In this document: piece after piece, positions 39,455-47,745 of the stretch
Layout of the letters: each line of letters opens with the position of its first letter
Numbering within the stretch: the stretch's first letter is position 1
NCBI GenBank assembly: GCA_965219455.1
Contig: OZ244744.1
Span: 2,048,001 to 2,112,000, forward strand
Length of the DNA: 64,000 nucleotides
From: Candidatus Latescibacterota bacterium
GTDB taxonomy: Bacteria; Latescibacterota; UBA2968; GCA-2709665
Direction of reading: 5' to 3'
Position numbers and translations under genes: made by a program
The notes under the pieces: generated by a model
Database searches by the model: none
What the model saw: the letters and a program-made list of their open reading frames with translations, nothing else
Told to the model about the DNA's origin: nothing

Positions 39455-40489
39455 ATGACGCAGCGCGTGGGTGTAATCGGCCTCGGCATTATGGGAAGTA
39501 GCGTGACGCAGGTCCTGCATCGGAATCCGCTGGTTGAGCTGGCGGCATTCTGTACGCTGGACGCAGTAAAGCTTCGCAAGGCGCAGGCCGAATTCTCGGT
39601 TTCCGGCGGGTACGTGAACTATCACGAGATGCTGGAGAAGGAGGCGCTGGACATGGTCTACATCGCCACGCCGGACTGGGCCCACCGCGATCCGGTCATT
39701 GCATGCCTGGAGGCGGGCTGTCACGTGCACGTTGAGAAACCGATGACAACGGACCTGGGCGAGGCCACTGAAATCGTGGAGAAAGTGAAAAGCACCGGAC
39801 TGAAACTACAGGTCTCGTATAACCACCGGTGGCTGGCGCCCTACAATGCCACGTGGAATATGATTCGCGACGGGGAAATCGGCAGGCCGCTGATGGGCTA
39901 TGCGCGCAAAAACAATCCCATATCCGTACCGACGGAGATGCTGCCCTGGTCGGCGGCGTCTTCGCCGGCCTGGTTCCTGTCGGCGCACGATATCGACCTG
40001 ATGTGCTGGTGGTTCGATCAGAGTCCCGTCGAAGTCCACGGCTACGGAATTAAAAAGGTGCTGGCGGCCAGGGGCATCGATACGTACGACATGCTGCAGG
40101 GGCTCGTGAAGTTCGACGGGGGATCCATCGCCACGTTCGAGTCGGCCTGGATCTACCCCAATACCCATCCGTCGATGCCGGATTCGTTTATGCAGGTGAT
40201 CGGCGAGAGGGGGCATGTGCATCTGGACCGCAAGGCCGAGGCGATTGAGATGAGTACCGAGGAAAAGTTCAAATGGCCGCGGTCACTGCTGAACTACAAG
40301 GTGTTCGACAAATGGGTGGGCGCGTTTCCGTCGTGCGTGAACAGCTTTGTGGATGCCGTCATTGAAGATCGGACGCCTTTCGTGACGGCGTTGGACGGAT
40401 GGCGCGCGACCGCGGTGCTGGACGCATGGCACCAGTCCGTGGACAACGGCGGTATCGTACCAGTGGCGGATGCACCCGCGTGGCCGTAA
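39455..40489 (+). CDS. Gfo/Idh/MocA oxidoreductase
   Basis: IGLGIMG, ATPD..H, VEKPM, HDID. Confidence 0.9.
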   Translation: MTQRVGVIGLGIMGSSVTQVLHRNPLVELAAFCTLDAVKLRKAQAEFSVSGGYVNYHEMLEKEALDMVYIATPDWAHRDPVIACLEAGCHVHVEKPMTTDLGEATEIVEKVKSTGLKLQVSYNHRWLAPYNATWNMIRDGEIGRPLMGYARKNNPISVPTEMLPWSAASSPAWFLSAHDIDLMCWWFDQSPVEVHGYGIKKVLAARGIDTYDMLQGLVKFDGGSIATFESAWIYPNTHPSMPDSFMQVIGERGHVHLDRKAEAIEMSTEEKFKWPRSLLNYKVFDKWVGAFPSCVNSFVDAVIEDRTPFVTALDGWRATAVLDAWHQSVDNGGIVPVADAPAWP

Positions 40490-40504
40490 AAGGGGATCTG
40501 GGAG

Positions 40505-41353
40505 ATGTCAAAAAGAGAAAAACGGATCGGGTTCGTAGATTACAATCTCGAAAACTTCCATTCCAATGTCTACCTGAAGCTACTCCGCAATGATCTGAAG
40601 CATCGGGGATTCGTCGTTGCCGGTTGTACGGGCATGCGGCCCCGGGCCGGCAGGACGTGGGCCCGGTCGAACGACGTGCCCTATTTCTCCGATGCGGCCG
40701 GGTTGAACGAGGCGGTGGACTCCTTCATGGTGTTGGCGCCCTCAACCCCGGAGACGCACCTTGAACTGTGCGGGCAGGTTTTTCCCTTCGGTAAGCCCAC
40801 GTACGTGGACAAGACCTTTGCGCCGGACCTGCGAACGGCCGGGCGAATTTTCGCGTTGGCGGACCGGCATGGGGTGCCCATGCAGACGACATCCGCGTTG
40901 CGCTATACCGGGGTGCAGGACTACGTGGAAGCGGTCGGGCGCGGGCAGGTCCGGCACATGGTAACCTGGGGCGGCGGGCGGTCCTTTGCCGAATACGCGA
41001 TCCATCCCCTGGAATTGGCCATCAGCTGTATGGGGCCAGGCGTGCGCCGGATGATGCGCCGGGGCGCCGGAAAACAATCGCAACTGTTGCTGGATTTTTC
41101 GGGAGGACGTACCGCGGTCGTGAACGTATACACCGGGTCGAGTACACCCTATGCGGCTTCGGTGACCACCACCGGGGCGACACGGCACTTCCAGGTCGAC
41201 TCGGGTCGCATTTTTCTGAATACCGCGGATGCCGTGCTGGATCTGTTCGAATCCGGGGAACCCGGTATCGACAGGAAAGAGAGCCTGATCATTCGCAGGA
41301 TTCTGGACGCGGCCGGACAGAAGCGGGCACTGACGGGCTTTGTGAGTCTGTAG
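40505..41353 (+). CDS. Gfo/Idh/MocA-like oxidoreductase
   Basis: GKPTYVDKTFA, SALRY, YAIH motifs. Confidence 0.7.
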   Translation: MSKREKRIGFVDYNLENFHSNVYLKLLRNDLKHRGFVVAGCTGMRPRAGRTWARSNDVPYFSDAAGLNEAVDSFMVLAPSTPETHLELCGQVFPFGKPTYVDKTFAPDLRTAGRIFALADRHGVPMQTTSALRYTGVQDYVEAVGRGQVRHMVTWGGGRSFAEYAIHPLELAISCMGPGVRRMMRRGAGKQSQLLLDFSGGRTAVVNVYTGSSTPYAASVTTTGATRHFQVDSGRIFLNTADAVLDLFESGEPGIDRKESLIIRRILDAAGQKRALTGFVSL

Positions 41354-41384
41354 CTGACGCAGCGGGAAATGCGCGAAAAATGCG

Positions 41385-44099
41385 TCAGTCCTCCTTCACA
41401 AACTCGGCGGCCTTGAGGAGGGTGACGGCGTCGCATTCGGTGGCGGGGTAGTCGCGTACGGTAATGGATTTCTCCGTAGCGGCTTCGATTTCGTACCCGG
41501 TATCGCCACACAGCAGATAGGTCCCGGGAAGGGTATCGGGATCGGGCACGGCGTTCCGGACGTGGTAGGTGCGATCGGTGACGCCGGTGACCTCGAGGGA
41601 GATCTCGGCACTTTCGATGGTCAGCGCGTGTCCGTTGCAACGGATTTCGGTACCGCGCAGCAGATAGGCGCGGAGCAGGATGCCCCCGTCATCGACGGAC
41701 GCAAAGGCGAACCGGCCTGTAATGGACAATGGCCCAATGTCGTGTGCGCCGCCCTCCGGCGCAGAGAGGATGTAGTCCGTACATCCATGACGACGGACCG
41801 CGACCGCCATCGCGCCGGTGTCCGGATCGTCCACGAGCAGGCGGGACGATTGGACGGGTGAGTGATCCACGTACGGTGAAACCACCGCTGCATATTGGCT
41901 GGTCAGGTGCGTATCGTCGCCGCGCTCCGCCAGGATCTGCTGCACCGGAGGGGCATTGAGTTCCTCGCCCAGGTCCGAGCGCCAGCCCGGAGCGTCCGCG
42001 AGAAGCAGACGATGGATGGGGTTGAGCAGCGTGAGGTCCAGTCGCACGTCCTGGTTTTCCCATGTAGCGGTGAATGGGCCTTGCGGCCGGTCGGCGCGGA
42101 TGTTGTCCAGCCACTCGAACGGTTCGTCGACGGGTTTCGGGTCGGCCCCGAGAATGCCGGTAAGGCGGCCGTTGCTGTGGAAGCCGTACTGGTGAAGCGT
42201 GCCGCCGTTCACCTGGAAAAGGTCGACAGCATAGGTCTGATCGCCGGGGACCTGGACCAGGACACAGGTGCGCCGGTACAGACGGCATTGCTCGTAAGGC
42301 GCCGCGGATGCCTGTACGACCTCCACGCCCGCACCCGCGCCGAAGAGTTCCAGCGCGGCCGGTTCGTTGTTGCCGCTCTGGTTGTGACCGTCCACCGTGA
42401 CGATGTTATGGGCAAGCGTACTGCCGGTCCACGCGTTTCTGGGGTCGTCCCAGATATATCCCCTGTCCGCCGCCATCTCCCGTCCATGTGCGATATAGAT
42501 GATACCCAGGGTGTCGTTGTGGCGATGGCCGCCGTGCGCGTAGCCGTTCAGGTAGAACGCAGTATGGCCCTTCAGGTTTCCGCCGCGAAGAACGGCAACG
42601 TGCCATCCCGGAAACCATTCCGTACGTTGGGGCAGGTCGGTATCCTCGTCCACTTTCAAATCGGGGTCCCGGTGCCAGAGGGCGTATTCTTCCCCTTTCA
42701 GTGACAGTGCCGCCCCCTGAGATTTCTCCAGCAGGCCGGCGTAGCGGCTGCCGTAGTGGGCCGCCAGAATCTCGGCGTAGATGGGGTCGATGGTCCGACC
42801 CTCCCCGGAGTCTCCGATGACGGGCTCCTGAAGGTTCGGATCCAGCATGCGGACCATGCTCTCCAGGGCCAGACGATAGCGGTCGAAGTGTTGAAAGGGA
42901 TCCAGGTTCTTTATCGCTGCACCGGTTTCCGGTTCGTACCCGTCGGGATCGGCGTATCCGTCGAGAAGTTCCGGTATTTCGCGCAACAGGTTGAGATGCA
43001 TGGAGGAATAGCTCGGGGATTCCGTGCAGAAGCCATCAAAATGGAAGGCGTCTTCCATGAGCGCTTCAAACGCCTGAATCGCCCGGCGTACGCTCTCCGG
43101 TTTCTTGAAGAGAATGCCCACCGCGGCACTGAGTGCCCGCCCCGGACCGCATTTGTTGTTGATATCGTTCCAGTTTTCGGTGTCCGTACAACCGGCCAGG
43201 ATGAGGTCGTCGACAATGCGCCGCTCCATTTGGGAAGTGATAACGGGAGCGCCATCCGGATGCCGCGCCGTTCGGACCAGGTCGTAGGCCAGCGCGACCC
43301 GGAGAATGTATCCGCCATCGGATCCGCTGCACCCGAAGCGTCCGGCGCCCCAGAAGCCGTTGTTGAGTACCGCGTGGTTATCCACCCGGTGACGGCCTTC
43401 AAAGGCGGAGATGATGGTTTCGACGGGAAACCGGCCGGCGGGTGGGTATTTGCCCATGGATGCCGCGGCTTCGGCGGGTGGACAATCCGCAACGGTACCG
43501 TCGTAGGAATGGAACAGCCAATTGGGATACCGCCGCGCCATACAGTCCATAATCCACGCGCTCCACTGCGCGTACCGCACGTCGTCGGTGAGTGCGTACA
43601 ACTTGGCGAGAGGAAGCATCTGTTCGAAGCACCAGCGGCTTTTCTTTGAGCGGATGACGCCGGTCCAGCTTGTGTGGACGGGCCATCGGACCCATTTGAA
43701 CGCGTGTTCGCCCGATCTGTCTTCAGGGTGTGCGCGTTCCGCATCGGTGAGATAGAAGGTGAACGTCTGGTTCATTCCGGGTGCGGTGACGCTGCCGGTC
43801 TCGGGATAATCGGCGTTGGGGTACTCGGTTTTGCAGTATCTGCAGATAAGCCGGTCCGGATCGGTCGGGTCCCAGTCGTAGATACCGCATTCGCCCATGG
43901 AGGAGAGACGGTCCACACAGGCTGGGCAGTTCTGGCCGTACTCGGGCCATGGGGTGAGTTCCGGCATCATCGCCTCGACAAAATCCATGTCCCGGCCAGT
44001 GAGGTAGTCGACCTCTTTTTTCCAGTCTTCGACGATGGCCTGCGCCCAGGAATGGCGGCGCAGGTTCTCCCGCGCGATTTCTACGTTGAGAAGGGGCAT
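41385..44099 (-). CDS. heparinase II/III-like protein
   Basis: LYALTDD.RYA, DGFCTESPSY, GHRHNDTL, DRGY, AHNIVTVDG; start MPLL after AAGGAG. Confidence 0.78.
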   Translation of the reverse strand: MPLLNVEIARENLRRHSWAQAIVEDWKKEVDYLTGRDMDFVEAMMPELTPWPEYGQNCPACVDRLSSMGECGIYDWDPTDPDRLICRYCKTEYPNADYPETGSVTAPGMNQTFTFYLTDAERAHPEDRSGEHAFKWVRWPVHTSWTGVIRSKKSRWCFEQMLPLAKLYALTDDVRYAQWSAWIMDCMARRYPNWLFHSYDGTVADCPPAEAAASMGKYPPAGRFPVETIISAFEGRHRVDNHAVLNNGFWGAGRFGCSGSDGGYILRVALAYDLVRTARHPDGAPVITSQMERRIVDDLILAGCTDTENWNDINNKCGPGRALSAAVGILFKKPESVRRAIQAFEALMEDAFHFDGFCTESPSYSSMHLNLLREIPELLDGYADPDGYEPETGAAIKNLDPFQHFDRYRLALESMVRMLDPNLQEPVIGDSGEGRTIDPIYAEILAAHYGSRYAGLLEKSQGAALSLKGEEYALWHRDPDLKVDEDTDLPQRTEWFPGWHVAVLRGGNLKGHTAFYLNGYAHGGHRHNDTLGIIYIAHGREMAADRGYIWDDPRNAWTGSTLAHNIVTVDGHNQSGNNEPAALELFGAGAGVEVVQASAAPYEQCRLYRRTCVLVQVPGDQTYAVDLFQVNGGTLHQYGFHSNGRLTGILGADPKPVDEPFEWLDNIRADRPQGPFTATWENQDVRLDLTLLNPIHRLLLADAPGWRSDLGEELNAPPVQQILAERGDDTHLTSQYAAVVSPYVDHSPVQSSRLLVDDPDTGAMAVAVRRHGCTDYILSAPEGGAHDIGPLSITGRFAFASVDDGGILLRAYLLRGTEIRCNGHALTIESAEISLEVTGVTDRTYHVRNAVPDPDTLPGTYLLCGDTGYEIEAATEKSITVRDYPATECDAVTLLKAAEFVKED

Positions 44100-44265
44100 G
44101 ACAACTCCTTTATTACACGTCAGGACCGAAACACACGGCACGGTGCTGATGGAACCTGGCCTGAAAAATTCATGCAATTGTCACGGTTAGCAGCGTAATT
44201 CGCGGATCAATCAACTCCACCGCCACAGAATGGCTTTTCGAGCCGTTGAGAAAGTGTTTGTGAAG

Positions 44266-44289
44266 GTGGGGCAGACATTCCTGTCTGCC
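44266..44289. repeat. REP-like palindrome
   Basis: GTGG-GGCAGACA-ttcc-TGTCTGCC between convergently spaced genes. Confidence 0.6.
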
Positions 44290-44435
44290 GTGCTCATTGT
44301 GCTTCTGCCGGAATGCGAACGGGAGACAGGCTTGCGCCGCCTGCACTTAGCTTGTCGAAGAGATGCCATCCGGGCGACTCGTCGGCCGAATTTTGGTGAT
44401 CTATTTTCGGGACAGAACGCACGCGCACGGAACGT

Positions 44436-45650
44436 CTACTTCTCCATGAACGGGCCGTGCTGTTCAAGGCGTTGCAGCGTCTCTTGAAACGCCTCCGTGC
44501 CGTCGTCCTCCCACACCTCGAGGCGGATACCCCGGGTATTGCCTTCAGGGAAGCCGGTAAGGCTGGCTACGTTGGGGAAACCTTTGGTGTAGAGTCTGTT
44601 CCCGCCCGGCAGGTGCAGGATGCCGATTGTGGGAGGGATAACCGTGGGTTTGTTGGCCGCGCATTCGGCCAGGGCGTCTTCGTCGACCTCCACGCCGAGA
44701 CCGGGGCCCTCCGGTACCGGAGACGAGCCGGCCGCCACCTCGATTCGCTGTTTGACAACGTCTTCGTCGTACTGATCGTCCAGGTTTGTGGAATGGGCCA
44801 CGTTCGGAATCACGGCGCCCATGTGCAGGGCCATCGCTTTGGTAAGGGTGCCGCCCGTGAGCTGGATGACCGATGAGACATTGGCCAGTGCCGCGGCAAA
44901 GCCGCGCACGATGGTGGGGCCGATTCCGCCTTCGCCGATCATATAGGCGTCGGCGCAACCCCGGATGATTTCCTGGCCGCCACCGAGCTGAGGGACGTGC
45001 ATCAACAGAGGAAAGCTGGTCTTCTGCCGCAGCAGGCGCCACCCTTCCACGTCGGACAGTACAAGGGGATCCTCTATCATTCCGACCACGGGGGAGCCTT
45101 CCAACTCCTTGAGAATTCGCAGGACGGCGGCGAGCGGCCGGTTGTGATTGAAGTCGTAGTGCATCCTGAATCCGTGCGGCGCCACCTCCTCCACGGCTCG
45201 GGTCTGTTCAAAGACGTCGTAATAGGCGCAGGTATGGATCTTGAAGATCATATATCCCTGGTCAACCGCACGCACCACCTCTTTGGCCAGATCTTCCGGC
45301 GACGCCGGGCGGGTCCATGCCGCCACGGGCACCCGGTCACGTATCTTCTGGCCCATGAGTTTGTACGCGGGAATCTCCAGATGCTTGCCCATGGCGTCGT
45401 ACAGCGCGCCCATCAGGCCGGAATTGAGATTGGCGTTAATAAAATCGAAGGGGTCACGGTCAACGAGGTGCGCCACGGTGGATCTCTCCGGCGCCTCGCA
45501 GCGCGCGTCGCCGTACCCGACGATGCCGTTGTCCGTTGTAATTTTGAATATGGTGCGATGGTTCAGGTTGATGAACCGCGCTTTCTGATCGGCGTTCCGG
45601 TCGGCGATTCTCGGATAGATGGGGATCATTTCGATGTCGGTGATTTTCAT
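44436..45650 (-). CDS. mandelate racemase/enolase-superfamily protein
   Basis: MKITDI, ALYD..GK..P.Y.L.G..RD, KIH, DFN, EDP, GPGLGVEVD. Confidence 0.88.
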   Translation of the reverse strand: MKITDIEMIPIYPRIADRNADQKARFINLNHRTIFKITTDNGIVGYGDARCEAPERSTVAHLVDRDPFDFINANLNSGLMGALYDAMGKHLEIPAYKLMGQKIRDRVPVAAWTRPASPEDLAKEVVRAVDQGYMIFKIHTCAYYDVFEQTRAVEEVAPHGFRMHYDFNHNRPLAAVLRILKELEGSPVVGMIEDPLVLSDVEGWRLLRQKTSFPLLMHVPQLGGGQEIIRGCADAYMIGEGGIGPTIVRGFAAALANVSSVIQLTGGTLTKAMALHMGAVIPNVAHSTNLDDQYDEDVVKQRIEVAAGSSPVPEGPGLGVEVDEDALAECAANKPTVIPPTIGILHLPGGNRLYTKGFPNVASLTGFPEGNTRGIRLEVWEDDGTEAFQETLQRLEQHGPFMEK

Positions 45651-45739
45651 GATGAATTCCTTTAATAACGGGATAACGGGAAGATTACGGCCTGAAATCG
45701 CGGCAATGTCCGTATATCAGGGTTGTCGAACTCCGCTCG

Positions 45740-45808
45740 TCAGACCTTCACGGGCCACGTAATATCTACGCCGGGCAGTATCCTGCGCAAGAGGGATCTT
45801 AACTGGTC
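45740..45808 (-). pseudogene. stranded duplicate 3' end of the DHDPS-family gene
   Basis: Encodes LLRRILPGVDITWPVKV* versus LLRRILPGVDITRSVEV* at 46629; 34/37 nt identical core. Confidence 0.85.
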
Positions 45809-45830
45809 CGATCGCGAGTCTCTGGTGAGG

Positions 45831-45872
45831 ACCTCTCCCCTCGGCCCCCTCTCCTGCGAGGAGAGGGGGAGT
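45831..45872. repeat. CCCTCTCC-type palindromic repeat
   Basis: CCTCTCCCCTCGGCCCCCTCTCC...GGAGAGGGGG; related copies at ~57994 and ~58130. Confidence 0.65.
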
Positions 45873-45917
45873 TGAAGGAAGTGTTGCGAAAACATTGGAG
45901 AAAGGAATCCACATATT

Positions 45918-46583
45918 ATGGCTGTAAAGGTAGGACAGATGGCGCCCAACTTCGGGGTCTCGAGCTGGGTGCAGGGCGCCCCGACCAACTTCGACCGGGA
46001 GAGGGATCACATCGTGGTGCTGGAAGTCTTCCAGGTCAATTGTCCCGGATGCTTCATGTACGCCATTCCCGATGCGATACGCGTGTACAACAGGCACACG
46101 GACGACGGGGTGCGCGTCCTTGGACTGGCCACCGCCTTTGAGGACTTTGACAAAAACACGCTTGACAACCTCAGACTCCTGGCTGAAACCGGTCAGGTGA
46201 TAGGGGAGACCGGGAGGGCACTTGCCATGAGCGGGCAGTTGCAGGAGGGAGACAGGCTGCCCTACAAGATCCCGTTTCCGCTCGGTATGGACAACCTTAC
46301 GAGGACGTCCGGCGGACCCGGCCACGAAGCGATTATGGACGTGATATACGGCCAGATACCCGACTTCGACTCGCAGCCTGAGAATTACAGGGTGCAGATC
46401 ACACAAAGGGTGAAGGACTATCTGAGGGCAAAGGAATATTCGGCCGAGACGTTTGAGAAGTTTAACCTGCGCGGAACACCGTCCACCATACTTGTCGACC
46501 GCAAGGGAGTCCTCAGGGACGTCTCTTTTGGCCGGACGGACCACCTTGAGGAGATGATCCAGGGGATCCTCGGCGAGGACTGA
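45918..46583 (+). CDS. thioredoxin-fold redoxin (AhpC/TSA / TlpA-like)
   Basis: FQVNCPGC (CxxC), ATAFEDF, GTPS.ILVD; AAGGA RBS. Confidence 0.88.
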   Translation: MAVKVGQMAPNFGVSSWVQGAPTNFDRERDHIVVLEVFQVNCPGCFMYAIPDAIRVYNRHTDDGVRVLGLATAFEDFDKNTLDNLRLLAETGQVIGETGRALAMSGQLQEGDRLPYKIPFPLGMDNLTRTSGGPGHEAIMDVIYGQIPDFDSQPENYRVQITQRVKDYLRAKEYSAETFEKFNLRGTPSTILVDRKGVLRDVSFGRTDHLEEMIQGILGED

Positions 46584-46628
46584 GTCACCGAGAGCGGATC
46601 TCAATCGCGGCTGCCAGGATCCCGCCCT

Positions 46629-47549
46629 TCATACTTCGACGGACCTTGTAATATCCACGCCGGGCAGTATTCGGCGCAAGAGGGTTTTTACGTGGCCGGC
46701 GGTGGATGAATCGATGTTGGCGCCGGGGTGCCGCACATAGCTGCTCCTGATCAGCCCGCGCAGTTTGAATATCTCCTTTCGGATCGCCACGCCCGGCTGC
46801 TGTTCGAAGACGATGAGCGGCAGATAGCGGCGATAAATGTCGTGCACGGCGTCGAAGTCGCTGATCCGTGCGGCCCGCACCATGGCGATCAGCACTTCGG
46901 GAAAAGCGAAGCCGGTCATGAAACCGTGGGCGCCGCGGGCCAGATCGAAACCGGCGTAGAGGGCGCCCAGGCCGGTGAGAACGGTTACCGAACGGTCCCC
47001 GATGCCATTCAAAATGGCCGTAATTCTGGGCGGGGCGGGTGTGGCCTCTTCCTTGATACACGCGACAAGCGGAATCTCGCGGATCAGACGGTGGATGAGG
47101 GAGACGGACATGTGGACCTGGGAAGAGGCGGGGTGGTCCTGTACGACCATGGGAATGGAGATGCCTTCCGCAACCTGGCTGAAGAACTCGAAGATGCGGT
47201 CTTCGTTGGGAACCGGTTCCCGCATGGGGGTGACCATCACGCCTGCCGCGCCCATGGATTCGGCCATCCGGCTGAGTTCCAGAGTCGCCCGCGTTCCGCC
47301 GTGGCTTGTTCCAACGATCACGGGGATGCGGCCGTCAAGGGCGTCCACGGCGGTCCCGATCAGACTTTTCCGCTCGTCGTCCAGCATCCGATTGGATTCA
47401 CCCAGTACGCCGATCACCGTGATGCCGTCGACCCCGACGTCGGCCATGAAGCGTACCGTCCGGTCGAAGGATTCCAGGTCGAGATCGCCCCTGTCATCAA
47501 ATGGGGTGACGAGGATGGGAAAGACGCCTTTAAATGTCACGGTCGCCAT
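46629..47549 (-). CDS. DHDPS/NAL-family aldolase or dehydratase
   Basis: GVFPILVTPF, GVLGE, VVQDHP, Schiff-base lysine in IKEE. Confidence 0.88.
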   Translation of the reverse strand: MATVTFKGVFPILVTPFDDRGDLDLESFDRTVRFMADVGVDGITVIGVLGESNRMLDDERKSLIGTAVDALDGRIPVIVGTSHGGTRATLELSRMAESMGAAGVMVTPMREPVPNEDRIFEFFSQVAEGISIPMVVQDHPASSQVHMSVSLIHRLIREIPLVACIKEEATPAPPRITAILNGIGDRSVTVLTGLGALYAGFDLARGAHGFMTGFAFPEVLIAMVRAARISDFDAVHDIYRRYLPLIVFEQQPGVAIRKEIFKLRGLIRSSYVRHPGANIDSSTAGHVKTLLRRILPGVDITRSVEV

Positions 47550-47745
47550 AATGGGACATTCGCCCTTTTGTCCGTCATCGTGGTATCCATTCGCAAGAAA
47601 GGTGCGGGCCGCGGAGAAAACAGGGATTCCCACCGGGCTCCGGAACGCCGGTGCCGATCGTCCGGCGGGGCTGACCGGTCTGATTCCCGAATGGTATGTT
47701 CGTGATATACGACACCCGGGGCGAGGCGTTTTTTTTGACCCGTAT

